From Candidatus Bruticola papionis (GTDB lineage: Bacteria > Vulcanimicrobiota > Xenobia > Xenobiales > Xenobiaceae), in contig DHKB01000048.1 of assembly GCA_002407045.1 (NCBI GenBank), forward strand, positions 22,585 to 86,584: DNA of 64,000 nt. Direction: 5' to 3'. This document shows, piece after piece, positions 48,221 to 58,844 of this stretch. The notes below the pieces were generated by a model that had not been told where the DNA came from, made no database searches, and saw only the letters and a list, made by a program, of their open reading frames with translations. Made by a program: the position numbers and the translations under genes. The stretch's first letter is position 1; each line of letters begins with the position of its first letter.

Positions 48221-51200
48221 TTACTGCTTGTCTTCAGGAGCGGCAGCCAAGTACAAGTAGCGCTCATAGCGCTCCTTAGCGATGGCTTCGGACTCTTCAG
48301 CGAACTTGGCAGCAGCCTCAGGGTTAATCTTCTGAAGCTGACGGAAGCGGTTCTCGCTGGCCAAGTAGTCGGCAACGGGAGTCTTCGGGCCCTTGTAGTC
48401 GACTTGTAAGCAAGGCTTACCTTGAGCTTTTAAGCGAGGATCGAAGCGATAGAGAGGCCACTGGCCGCACTCTACGGCGTTCTTCTGGTGCTTCAAACCG
48501 TCAGCCATGTTGATACCGTGGTTGATGCAATGAGAGTAAGCAATGATCAAGGAAGGGCCGTCATAAGATTCGGCTTCTTCGATAGCTTTCAAAGCTTGAG
48601 CGTCATTGGCGCCAACAGAGATCTGAGCTACATAGATGTTGCCATAAGACATAGCAATCATACCCAGATCCTTCTTGGGCAAGCTCTTACCAGCAGCAGC
48701 GAAGCGAGCTACAGCGCCAAGAGGAGTGGCCTTGGAAGCCTGACCACCGGTGTTGGAGTAAACTTCGGTGTCGAGTACGAGTACGTTGACGTTCTTGCCC
48801 TGAGCTAAGACGTGATCTAACCCGCCGTAACCAATGTCATAAGCCCAACCGTCACCACCAATGATCCATACTGAACGAGGAATCAAGGCGTCCATAACGG
48901 ACTCGAGCTCTCTGGCGCAAGTGCAATCACAGCCCTTAACTTTTTCAGCCAGCTTGTCGAGTAAAGCGCGTTTCTTAGCGATATTCTCGGGGGTAGCGGG
49001 CTCAACAGCCATCAAGCCTTCATAGACTTCGGGATCGATCTTGTCCTTAGCTTCAGTAAGAAGCTGACGGGCATATTCGGCCTTCTGGTCTACGGCAATG
49101 CGCATACCTAAACCGAATTCGGCGTTATCTTCAAAGAGGGAGTTAGACCAAGCGGGGCCGCGTCCGTCTTTGTTGGTGCACCAAGGAGTGGTGGGCAAGT
49201 TGCCACCATAGATGGAAGAGCAACCAGTAGCGTTGGCGATCATGGCTCTGTCGCCGAAGAGCTGGCTGACCATCTTCACGTAAGGAGTCTCGCCGCAGCC
49301 TGCGCAAGCGCCGGAGAACTCAAACATAGGAGGAAGCAACTGTACGTTCTTAACCATGGTGCGCTTCAAGTCGCCGCCCAAGTCAGGCAAATCGAGGAAG
49401 AACTTCCAGTTTTTGCGACCTTCTTCGCGGAGAGGACGCTGAGGAACCATGGTAAGAGCTTTTTCTTTGGCAGGGCATACGCCTACGCACAAAGTACAGC
49501 CGGTGCAGTCCTCGACGGAAATCTGCATGCTGAACTTGTAATCTTTGTAACCGACAAAGCCTTTAGCTTCGGCGAGCTTGAAGCTCTCGGGAGCCTTAGC
49601 AGCGTCTTCGTTGGTGATGAGGCGGGAGCGAATTACGCCGTGAGGGCAAACCATGACGCACTTACCGCACTGAATGCACTTGGCGGGATCCCAGCTGGGA
49701 ACTTCAGAAGCGATATTGCGTTTTTCCCAACGAGTGGTGCCGCTGGGCCAGGTGCCGTCATCAGGAATAGCGCTGACGGGAAGCTCGTCGCCACGCTGAG
49801 CCATCATTACAGCAGTGACCTTCTTGACAAATTCAGGAGCTTCATCGGAAACCAAGGGTTTGCGGTGGTGACCAGTAACTTTGCGTCCTTCGGTCTCTAC
49901 CTGATGCAAAGCGGCTAAGCTGTTGTCCACGGCGGCCCAGTTCTTAGCTACAACTTCTTGGCCCTTCTTGCTGTAGGCCTTCTTAATACTGGCTTTAATA
50001 TGCTCGATAGCTTCTTCGCGAGGCAACACACCACTAATGGCAAAGAAGGCGGTTTGCATAACAGTGTTGATGCGGTTGCCCATACCAGCGTTGTGAGCGA
50101 CAGTCAAAGCGTCGATTACATAGAACTTAAGGTGTTTGGCCAAAATAGTTTCCTGAACTTCGGCAGGAAGCTGATCCCAAACTTCGTCCTTAGAGAAAGG
50201 ACTGTTGAGGAGGAATACGCCACCTTCTTCAGCTTGCTTCAAAACATCGTAGCTCTCCAAGAACTCGAAGAGGTGTACGCCAATGAAGCTGGCGCGCTGA
50301 ATAAGGAAGGGAGCATCAATGGGCTTAGGACCGAAGCGCAAGTGGGATACAGTCAAACCGCCAGACTTCTTGGAGTCGTAGACGAAGTAGCCCTGAGCGT
50401 AGTTGTCAGTGTCGTGACCGATAATCTTAATGGAGTTCTTGTTGGCGCCTACGGTACCATCGGAGCCTAAACCATAGAACATAGCTCTTACGGTGCCTTC
50501 GGGCTCGCTGATCCAGTTGGCATCATAATCGATGCTCAAGTTGGTAACATCGTCGTGAATACCGACGGTGAAGCTGCGCTTAGGCTCAGCTTTAGCCAAT
50601 TCTTCATAGACACCACAAACCATAGCAGGGGTGAAGTCTTTGGAAGAGAGACCGTAACGACCGCCAACGATGCGAGGCAATACAGCGAACTTGCCCTTAC
50701 CGCCTTCCATATTTTCCATAACGGCAGTAACGACATCTTGATAAAGAGGCTCGCCAGCGCTACCGGGCTCTTTAGTGCGATCCAAAACGCCGATAGTTTT
50801 AACGGTAGCAGGCAAAGCGTCAATAAAGGACTTGCTATCAAAGGGACGATATAAACGAGCGGCTATAACGCCAGCTTTCTTGCCCTCGGCAGCGAGTCTG
50901 TCTAACGTGCCACGAATTACAGAAACGCCAGATCCCATGATGACAACAACTTCTTCAGCATTGGGATCGCCATAGTACTCGAAGAGATTGTAATGACGAC
51001 CAGTAAGTTCGCCAAAGCGTTTCATGATTTTGGCGACGATGCCGGGGGTCTTCAAATAGTAGGGATTGGCAGCTTCGCGGCCCTGGAAGTAGATGTCTGC
51101 ATTCTGAGCAGTACCACGAATGAAAGGCTTATTGGGGTTGAGAGCGCGAGCACGATGAGCGTGAACTAAAGAATCGGGGATAAGTTCACGGAGCACGTCG

Positions 51201-51772
51201 TCAGAAATGCGCTCGATAGTGTTTACTTCGTGGGAAGTACGGAAACCGTCAAAAGCGTGAATGAAAGGCACGCGGCTTTCCAAAGTAGCAGCGTGAGCGA
51301 TAGCGGCCATGTCAGTAGCCTCTTGCACCGAGTTGGAGAAGAGCATAGCAAAGCCGGTAGCGCGGCAAGCCATTACGTCAGCGTGATCGCCGAAGATGGA
51401 CAAGCCCTGAGCAGCCAGAGAACGAGCAGCGATATGGAAAACAGCGCTGGTGAGCTCACCGGCAATTTTGTACATGTTGGGGATCATGAGCAGCAAGCCT
51501 TGGCTAGCTGTGAAGGTGGTGGTCAAAGCACCGCTTTGCAAAGCGCCGTGTACGGCACCAGCAGCGCCGCCCTCAGATTCCATTTCCTGGATGTGAGGAA
51601 CAGCTCCCCACAAGTTCTTACGACCCTCGGCGCTCCACTGATCGGCAAATTCGCCCATAGGAGAAGAGGGAGTAATAGGATAGATTGCGCAAACTTCACT
51701 AAGTCTAAAAGCTACATCGGCGGTAGCTTCATTGGCGTCCATAATCGCCTTAGCGACATTCACATTACCCAT
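48221..51772 (-). CDS. nifJ: Pyruvate:ferredoxin (flavodoxin) oxidoreductase, single-polypeptide type
   Basis: 1183 aa. The conserved N-terminus MGNVNVAKAIMDANEATADVAF..YPITPSS, two 4Fe-4S ferredoxin CxxCxxCxxxCP motifs, and the TPP-binding GDG domain are present. Confidence 0.9.
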   Translation of the reverse strand: MGNVNVAKAIMDANEATADVAFRLSEVCAIYPITPSSPMGEFADQWSAEGRKNLWGAVPHIQEMESEGGAAGAVHGALQSGALTTTFTASQGLLLMIPNMYKIAGELTSAVFHIAARSLAAQGLSIFGDHADVMACRATGFAMLFSNSVQEATDMAAIAHAATLESRVPFIHAFDGFRTSHEVNTIERISDDVLRELIPDSLVHAHRARALNPNKPFIRGTAQNADIYFQGREAANPYYLKTPGIVAKIMKRFGELTGRHYNLFEYYGDPNAEEVVVIMGSGVSVIRGTLDRLAAEGKKAGVIAARLYRPFDSKSFIDALPATVKTIGVLDRTKEPGSAGEPLYQDVVTAVMENMEGGKGKFAVLPRIVGGRYGLSSKDFTPAMVCGVYEELAKAEPKRSFTVGIHDDVTNLSIDYDANWISEPEGTVRAMFYGLGSDGTVGANKNSIKIIGHDTDNYAQGYFVYDSKKSGGLTVSHLRFGPKPIDAPFLIQRASFIGVHLFEFLESYDVLKQAEEGGVFLLNSPFSKDEVWDQLPAEVQETILAKHLKFYVIDALTVAHNAGMGNRINTVMQTAFFAISGVLPREEAIEHIKASIKKAYSKKGQEVVAKNWAAVDNSLAALHQVETEGRKVTGHHRKPLVSDEAPEFVKKVTAVMMAQRGDELPVSAIPDDGTWPSGTTRWEKRNIASEVPSWDPAKCIQCGKCVMVCPHGVIRSRLITNEDAAKAPESFKLAEAKGFVGYKDYKFSMQISVEDCTGCTLCVGVCPAKEKALTMVPQRPLREEGRKNWKFFLDLPDLGGDLKRTMVKNVQLLPPMFEFSGACAGCGETPYVKMVSQLFGDRAMIANATGCSSIYGGNLPTTPWCTNKDGRGPAWSNSLFEDNAEFGLGMRIAVDQKAEYARQLLTEAKDKIDPEVYEGLMAVEPATPENIAKKRALLDKLAEKVKGCDCTCARELESVMDALIPRSVWIIGGDGWAYDIGYGGLDHVLAQGKNVNVLVLDTEVYSNTGGQASKATPLGAVARFAAAGKSLPKKDLGMIAMSYGNIYVAQISVGANDAQALKAIEEAESYDGPSLIIAYSHCINHGINMADGLKHQKNAVECGQWPLYRFDPRLKAQGKPCLQVDYKGPKTPVADYLASENRFRQLQKINPEAAAKFAEESEAIAKERYERYLYLAAAPEDKQ

Positions 51773-52100
51773 TGCGTAATGAGGCTCCTTTCGAGAACGG
51801 AAAACATTGAGAACCGCTGTTAATTAACTGGCTGACAACCCCCCACAAGTCAGGCAACAAAGACTTGGCAGAGTAAAACAAGCCAGCCGCAGTCCCAAAC
51901 CGTGTGGTGCGTTCACGTTTTCTTGGTTAGTTTCCTTTAGGAGTGAAAAATTAACTTAGAAACCGTTGCTAGCTAATTACCACGAAAAAGGGCAAATAAA
52001 AAAGATTTTTGGCTCAATTTGTGCAATTTTACGAGAGCTTAAAGAATTTAACGAAAAATACCACATGCCAACTGTAGGCGAAGAAAGAGAAACAAAAATT

Positions 52101-53567
52101 ATGTACAAAAAATACTTTGCAACAAATAACATATTTTTGGCAACAGTTGCCATAGGAGCTTCAGTCTGTTTACTATGGCCACTTGCAACTCCGACCTGGG
52201 CAGTTTCTGGTCCTAGCGCTTCCCTCTCCAAGGTGCAAGCAGCCGCCGCCGACGCAGTTCCTAAAACGGAAAGTTTTCGTAAATATCCATCTTCTACAGA
52301 AGCCGACCATGCCGTGCAGGAGCAATCAGACTCTCCAGCCTCTGTATGTGATAGCGCCGCCTATATGGAAGGAAATAACATTGTCGGCAAAACTTTTCTT
52401 TTCCCAGGACAGAGCACATACAACAGTAAAAACCCACAAGATAGCATATTAGCTTTCCGACGCTATATTTTCAGTAATCGCTTAGATCAAGATAAACAAG
52501 ACGTACGCTGTTATCGTCACTACGAATTTTTCCGTCATACAAAAAACGACTCTGTATCATATCCTTACGAAGTCCCAGTAATTAGTGGAGAAGGTTTTAC
52601 CCGCTTCGAAAAAGAGACCGGCTGTGTCTTTACAGACGATCATTTCGTTGACGGCGACAACATTGTCTGTTGCGAAGTACCACCCAGCGCTCAAGCAGGA
52701 AAAATCTTTGAGTTCAAAGGGGTCTTTTATAGAACAGCCCACAACCTCTACACGATAACTACTCCAGCGGGCGTTTTCAAAAATTGCCAAATGGTTTGCG
52801 TATACGGAAAGACCAAAGAATTGGCTCAGGGCTCAAGTGTCAGTTTCTACGCTCCCAAACTTGGAGAAGTTTTGGCCTTTAGTTACAATCCTGAAACCAA
52901 AGATTTCTATCCACGCAATATTTTGGCCTCTTATGAAGTTATCAACCGCCCGTCTTTAGACGCAACTCCTCTCGAGCCTCAAATAGGAGCTTATTTGCCC
53001 GCTCCTAACTTAACTTTCAAATCACTTTCTGTCCCTGTACCTGCAGAGTTGAAAAAAGCTGATATTACCAATTGCTTCAGGTTCTATGATTATAAACATC
53101 AGCCCCCCTTTGATTACATAAAAGTCAATTGGTTACGTCGCGACGCTGCTTCCGATCCCAAAAACCCTGAGGAGTTAATTTCTCCCGACAAAAATGGGCT
53201 CCAAGGCGTCGATTTTATTGATGCCGAAAGTCAGGCTTATATGCGCCTTTATAAAACGGCTCAAGGCAACAGTTTAGTCTTACTTATTCCTCCTCTGGCC
53301 TATCCTGATGAACCTTATTTGTTCGACAATAGATGGTACAAAGTTGAGTCGGATCTTTATAACGTTAATACTGCAGTGGGCGACTATGCCAATTGTTTGC
53401 GAGTAACTTACTACGGTACAGAGAAAGACAAACTCAAAGAAGGATCTTTCCGTACCTATTATGCTCCCAATTTTGGAGAAATAGGTCGTGAGATATATGT
53501 TCCACAAAAAGGTAGCTTTGAGCTTGATTCTCAATTATATCAATATAAAGTAGGCGCAGCTAAATAA
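52101..53567 (+). CDS. Secreted hypothetical protein with internal domain duplication
   Basis: Signal peptide (FLATVAIGASVCLLWPLATPTWA). Two homologous segments (NCQMVCVYGKTKELAQGSSVSFYAPKLGEV / NCLRVTYYGTEKDKLKEGSFRTYYAPNFGEI). The longer TTG-started ORF from 51966 was rejected. Confidence 0.55.
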   Translation: MYKKYFATNNIFLATVAIGASVCLLWPLATPTWAVSGPSASLSKVQAAAADAVPKTESFRKYPSSTEADHAVQEQSDSPASVCDSAAYMEGNNIVGKTFLFPGQSTYNSKNPQDSILAFRRYIFSNRLDQDKQDVRCYRHYEFFRHTKNDSVSYPYEVPVISGEGFTRFEKETGCVFTDDHFVDGDNIVCCEVPPSAQAGKIFEFKGVFYRTAHNLYTITTPAGVFKNCQMVCVYGKTKELAQGSSVSFYAPKLGEVLAFSYNPETKDFYPRNILASYEVINRPSLDATPLEPQIGAYLPAPNLTFKSLSVPVPAELKKADITNCFRFYDYKHQPPFDYIKVNWLRRDAASDPKNPEELISPDKNGLQGVDFIDAESQAYMRLYKTAQGNSLVLLIPPLAYPDEPYLFDNRWYKVESDLYNVNTAVGDYANCLRVTYYGTEKDKLKEGSFRTYYAPNFGEIGREIYVPQKGSFELDSQLYQYKVGAAK

Positions 53568-53595
53568 AAGTAGCTTCTACTTCAGCCAAGAAATA

Positions 53596-53637
53596 GATAA
53601 GGCAGACCTTGCTTTTAATTGCAGGTCTGCCTTATTG
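53596..53637. terminator. Bidirectional terminator between convergent genes
   Basis: aaggcagacct(t)gc ttttaatt gcaggtctgcctt stem-loop. Confidence 0.65.
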
Positions 53638-53675
53638 TCTTACACAGTCATATTATTGCTCTAAGCAAACGAAGA

Positions 53676-55650
53676 CTACTTTTTCAACTTGTTTTGTTTT
53701 ACTAAAATAGCTTCCATTTCGTCTAAAAGCTGATCCATAAGATCGGTAGCAGCTTTAATGGCGTCGGGCTTAGTTAAATCTACACCGGCGATTTTTAAAA
53801 TATCGACTGGAGGAGTCGAAACGCTGCTGGAAAGCATCTTCAAATAAGCGTCACGAGCCGGAGCGCCTTCGTTATGCACTTTTTCAGCAATAGCTATACC
53901 GCTGGACATACCGGCAGCATAGGAGAAGACATAGAACTTATAATATAAGTGAGGTATGTAGGCCCATTCAATGCCGTCATTGGCATCGATAGTAAACTCG
54001 GGGCCATAATAATCACGTACTAAATCAGCGTAAGTTTTATTAAGGAAATCAGCCGTGAGCGTCTGTCCCTTTTCACTGGCTTCATGGATACGCAACTCAA
54101 AATCGGCAAACAAAGCCTGACGATAAATGGTAGAACGAATGCCATCAAGCATTTCATTTATAAGATAGAGCTTTTCGGCATCGTCTTTGGCGTTGGCGAT
54201 TAAATAATCGGACAAGAACTTTTCGTTGCAAGTAGAGGCTACTTCAGCCACAAAAGGTACGTATCCAGAAGTGCTGTAAGTTTGGTTAGCATAGTTTAAG
54301 TTGCTATGCATGGCATGGCCGAATTCATGAGCTACGGTCGACATGTCGTCGAAAGAATTCATGTAATTTAATTTAACAAAAGGATGGCAGCCATAAATGC
54401 TAGCGCAACTGGCCCCACTATCTTTGTCAGCGTGAGGATAGACATCGACCCAACCATTTTTCAAATCTAAGCCGTAAGTTAAAGATTTTACGTACTTGTC
54501 ACCCAAAGGAGCCAGAGCTTTGGGCACAATTTTGCAAGCTTCTTCGTAGGATATATCACGGCTGACAGTCGGAACTAATGGAGTATAAAGGTCATAAAGA
54601 TGGATATCATTAAGCCCCATCAGTTTCTTGCGCAAGCTGATGTAGCGATGCAAAGGAGCAGTATTCGCTTTTACGGTATTTACCACATTGCGATAAACTT
54701 GCTCAGGAATATTATCTTTATCTAAATAAGCTTGCAAAGCAGAATCATAGCCGCGAGACTGAGCCAAGAATGAAGAGAAATGGACCTGGCCAGCCATAAT
54801 GGAAGCGAAAGTGTTGCGATAATCGTTAAGAGCACCAAAGAATTTTTCTACAGTATCTTTACGTACCCGACGATCTTTACTAGCTCTGTATTTAGCATAG
54901 TTGGAAAAAGTCAGTTGCACATCTTTGCCATTTTCATCTTTAATGACAGGCAACTTAATATCCGAATAAAGAGACTGGAAGGTCTTTTCAAAGTCGGAAG
55001 GCAACTCGTTTAAGTCTATTTCGGCTAATTGGTTATCACCAGCTAAAGAAAGGATGCGCTCTTCTTCAGGAGACAAAATATGAGCTTTACGGCGGCGGGC
55101 TCCCTCAATCCAAGGCAAATATTCTTTCATTACTGGGTGATCAGCCACAGCTTTTTCGATAACGGAAGCATCTATTTTTAGTAATTCGTCACGAATAAAA
55201 GCAGTGTTGGCCATAAAGCTGCGCATGGCGGCTTGGGCTCTAGCATCCATGTCTTGAAGTTTGGCATTACGTAAATCAGTAGTGAGACGCAAGTTACTGT
55301 ACAAAGTTACGCTGTTGGCCAGACGGCGTGTGTTGAAGTAAGCTTGCATACAGTTGAACAGAGCTTCACTATCACTGAGTTTGCCTTTATAAGCTACTAT
55401 AGAATCGATACCGGTTTTAGTTTTAACCAAAGCATCTTCAAAATCAGCTTCATTTTTGAAAAGAGCTGATAAATTCCATTTATAACGATCGGGAATATTA
55501 CTCCTGGACATATTGGAATCAGGAACAAAATTATTCACACTTGCCACCCCAGCTTTGGGAGATTCTTTAGGAGAGTTGGGAGCGGCGAATGAGGGAGCGC
55601 CTAAAGCCAAAACAAGGGCTATAGCGGCATAAGCTGCATATTTATTCACA
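53676..55650 (-). CDS. pepF: M3B oligoendopeptidase F-like metallopeptidase with signal peptide
   Basis: HExxH (VAHEFGHAMHS) in an M3 context, ~650 aa. The start is placed at the GTG preceded by AAGGAGG. The N-terminus MNKYAAYAAIALVLALGAPSFAAP is a signal peptide. Confidence 0.75.
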
Positions 55651-55855
55651 GGACAAGCCTCCTTCAATATTATAAGCGCCAAGATCTTACCACATTTTAG
55701 TGCAAAGCCCCTTTGCAAAGACGTCCGGAATGTAGAATGACCGCTCCCCGCAGAATGCGGGGAGTTTAATAAGTAAACGGCGAAGGCTAGCCCCCTCAAA
55801 GAAACCAGCAATATGACAAGGCGAGCATTTTTTAACTTGTCAGCCCCAAAAACAC

Positions 55856-56539
55856 ATGAAAAAATATTACGAAGTCAGCATATTAGCCACTAAGGCACCA
55901 CTTTTTTTTGAAGCGTCCAATGGGACTGAATACAATCCAGGACAAAAAGTAATAGTCGAAGGAGCGCGGGGCAGGGAGCTTGCTACAATCACCGATTCTC
56001 CAGCGCTTTTAAGCGACGCTTCCCCTAATTGTACAGCCGCTTTGGTCTCAGCAACCAATCCTGGAGTGCCCAATATAATAGTTGGCCCCGCTTCTAAAGA
56101 AGATATTGTTTTAGCTAAAGAGCGGGAGTTGCAAGCCAACCAAGCTCTGAAATTGGTTAAAGATCGTGTAGAATTTCATAAACTGGCCATGAGGATACTT
56201 TCAGCCTACATCACTCTGGACGGAAGCAGAATCGTCATAGAATTCTATGCTGAACAAAGAGTCGATTTCAGAGCTTTAGTTCACGACTTGGCTTCTAAAT
56301 TAAAAATGCGCATAGAGCTGCGCCAGATAGGGCCACGCGACAGAGCCATTTTGGTGGGCGGACGAGGCGTATGTGGGCGGAACCTGTGCTGTTCCACCTG
56401 GCTACGCGATTTTTCTTCAGTATCGATAAGAATGGCTAAAAACCAAAAGATGCCTCTCAACCCAGGCAAAGTGTCCGGAGCTTGCGGACGTCTGATGTGC
56501 TGCTTAAAATTTGAGCCCAATCAGGCCACTAACAATTGA
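55856..56539 (+). CDS. PSP1 C-terminal domain protein (RicT/YaaT-like)
   Basis: Conserved Cys pairs (GVCGRNLCCSTWL and GACGRLMCCLKFE) flank ...VSIRMAKNQKMPLNP..., typical of RicT. Confidence 0.7.
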   Translation: MKKYYEVSILATKAPLFFEASNGTEYNPGQKVIVEGARGRELATITDSPALLSDASPNCTAALVSATNPGVPNIIVGPASKEDIVLAKERELQANQALKLVKDRVEFHKLAMRILSAYITLDGSRIVIEFYAEQRVDFRALVHDLASKLKMRIELRQIGPRDRAILVGGRGVCGRNLCCSTWLRDFSSVSIRMAKNQKMPLNPGKVSGACGRLMCCLKFEPNQATNN

Positions 56540-56628
56540 GAGCAAAACAAATAGGGCCTCACTCTTTCAAAACAAAAGTAGAAGAGCGAGGCCCAACTTC
56601 GCGAAGGGCTATTCATTTAAGCTTTGCA

Positions 56629-57933
56629 CTAAGCTAAAAAAGCACCCTTGGCAGAGAAAGCTTTCTCATACATAGCTTTCAACTCGGAGAGAGAAAGAAT
56701 GCCATCAGTCATTTCGGAATTGTATTTGACTGTCAATTCGTTGGTAGACATAGCAGTAGATTGCAAGTTTTGCACGGCCACTATGTCAGGGCTGATACTA
56801 GGAGCATCGTTCAAACCGCAAGCTGACACATAATCAGAGATCATGGAATCATATCCTTGACCGTACATATCTTGAACTTGTTGCATATATTCGGAATAGT
56901 CAAACTCGGGAACAAGAGCAGAATTGTCACTAAGCTTGGTTCCTTCAGCAATGGTGCCGTTTTGATAGAGAGAAGTCAAACCTTCATAGGCGATCGAATT
57001 GTCGTTAAAGACGTAGAGAGTATCCTTAAAGCCGAGCGAAGACAGCGTAGAAGAATGGCTATCATCTAAGGCATTCTTCTTATCGCTCACAGAAGGAGTT
57101 GTGTTCTGGAAGTAAGAGGTGAGACCACTTGTAGAGCTCTTGCTGCCTGTCAAGCTAGAAGGCAAAGTATTTTTGGAAGCTAAGTTGTTGCGAACTTGAG
57201 CATTCCACTTATCCATACTAGCCAAAAGAGAACCATCTTGTAAGCAACTGGGAGCACAGCTTTGCACATTCTGGCTAGGCATAGATCCATAAGTTTTGAT
57301 ACCAATAACATCTCTATAGTATTGGGTAGCAGCTTCAGGGGTCATAACACAATCGGCCAGACTACGCACAGCGGTAGGATCCTGACCATTAGCGGTAGCG
57401 GAAGTGCCAGCTAAAGCGGCATTGGCAGCCTTCTTGGTCCAAGCGGAAGCATAGTCGCTAATAGAATCATAATTGTCGCCCTTAAGTTCTATGGGATAAT
57501 TGGCAGCTCCCTGCGGATCTTTAAGATTAAAGGCAGCGTCACTGCGCTCTTGAAGCTGCTGCTGCATCTGAGCGGTAGTGAAAAAAGCAGACTCACTTTG
57601 AGAAGTGGAAGAAGAGCCCAACAAGTTGGAAACACTGCCGGTAGCCTCTACACCGGCGCTAGAGCCAGAACTGGAAGTAGCGGATACCGAGCCGACAAGA
57701 CCGTTGGTAACACCGGACAAAGCTTTGGTAGCGCTAACACTTGCCCCTCCGGAGACTTGCGCACTTCGCACAGACTGAACATTGACACTGTTGTTAACTT
57801 GCTGTGAAATCATCTGACCCTCAACAATCTGAAGTTTTAAGCGAGCCCCGCCCCTATTAAATCGCTCATCGGGACGACGCCAAGCACCTCTGAGTCGGTT
57901 CAAAATATCGCACCGCGAAATTCGTCGACTCAT
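56629..57933 (-). CDS. Ser/Thr-rich hypothetical protein
   Basis: 434-aa ORF with ~25 percent Ser+Thr, no signal peptide and no TM. The start is ambiguous (ATG 57933 or ATG 57813, each with a weak or good SD). Confidence 0.45.
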   Translation of the reverse strand: MSRRISRCDILNRLRGAWRRPDERFNRGGARLKLQIVEGQMISQQVNNSVNVQSVRSAQVSGGASVSATKALSGVTNGLVGSVSATSSSGSSAGVEATGSVSNLLGSSSTSQSESAFFTTAQMQQQLQERSDAAFNLKDPQGAANYPIELKGDNYDSISDYASAWTKKAANAALAGTSATANGQDPTAVRSLADCVMTPEAATQYYRDVIGIKTYGSMPSQNVQSCAPSCLQDGSLLASMDKWNAQVRNNLASKNTLPSSLTGSKSSTSGLTSYFQNTTPSVSDKKNALDDSHSSTLSSLGFKDTLYVFNDNSIAYEGLTSLYQNGTIAEGTKLSDNSALVPEFDYSEYMQQVQDMYGQGYDSMISDYVSACGLNDAPSISPDIVAVQNLQSTAMSTNELTVKYNSEMTDGILSLSELKAMYEKAFSAKGAFLA

Positions 57934-58036
57934 CTAATTCCTTGGCTCAATTATCACCACAAAGGAATAAGAAGTCAACAGAAAGCAGGAAAAACTTTAA
58001 TAAAAAAAGGGTTTTTAGTCCTTCCCTCTTTTGCAT

Positions 58037-58750
58037 TTAATTAAATAATTTAGTGATAAAATCGAATAAGGGACATAAAATGAAGGGAAAAAACATAGCG
58101 GGAATATAATTGGCCAATTTCAATTTAGTGACGTCCAACATATTTAGGCCTATGCCCATAACAATAACTGAACCGACACAATTAAGTTCTCCAATAGAGG
58201 CCTCCGTCAAAAACGGGGCTACAAAACCAGCACTGGCGGCGATACCGCCCTCAACCAAAAAGATAGGCACAGCCGATAAAGCTACGCCAGGGCCCATTGT
58301 GGAAGCAAAAAATATAGAGGAAGTTACGTCAATAGCAGACTTGGCAAAAAGGATAGTATGATCGCCACGCAAACCGTCTTGTAAAGCTCCCATTACAGCC
58401 ATTGAGCCTATGCAATAAAAAATTGAAGCATAAGCAAATCCCTGAGCGAAAGAATGACCTTCTCCAGAGCTGCCTACAGAAAATTTTCGTCCAACTATAG
58501 TACCAAAACGCTCCAAACGTGTACTTAAGTGAAGCCATTCACCGACAAAAGCTCCAAATACCATAGACATAATAACGACTAAGGGCTGCTTACTGGTATT
58601 TAAACCGCTAACTCCTATAAATAGAAGACACAGAGCTAAGCCCCCCATAACCGTTTTATTAAAGTGACGAGGGATGCCCTTTTTAAACAAGAGTCCTAAA
58701 GCAGATCCTACAATTACAGAAGCAGCATTGGTAATGGAGCCTATTAACAT
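58037..58750 (-). CDS. DUF554-like polytopic membrane protein
   Basis: ~237-aa protein with 6-7 hydrophobic segments. The N-terminus MLIGSITNAASVIVGSALGLLFKKGIP resembles the DUF554 family. Confidence 0.45.
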   Translation of the reverse strand: MLIGSITNAASVIVGSALGLLFKKGIPRHFNKTVMGGLALCLLFIGVSGLNTSKQPLVVIMSMVFGAFVGEWLHLSTRLERFGTIVGRKFSVGSSGEGHSFAQGFAYASIFYCIGSMAVMGALQDGLRGDHTILFAKSAIDVTSSIFFASTMGPGVALSAVPIFLVEGGIAASAGFVAPFLTEASIGELNCVGSVIVMGIGLNMLDVTKLKLANYIPAMFFPFILCPLFDFITKLFN

Positions 58751-58844
58751 TTATATCTATACTTTCTATTTAAACAAAATTAAGCCGCAGCCTAAAACTG
58801 CGGCTCGCCTATGATTGTTGTTTTTTTTCCCCGCCGTCAACCTT

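Noticed and set aside
48107-48409. 100-aa plus-strand ORF spanning the sigma promoter region and the PFOR 3' end.
   Set aside because: It overlaps the PFOR stop region antisense, and there are no supporting signals.
51966-52100. A longer TTG-initiated N-terminus for the secreted duplicated-domain protein.
   Set aside because: The ATG at 52101 yields a canonical signal peptide. The upstream extension is hydrophilic with no SD.
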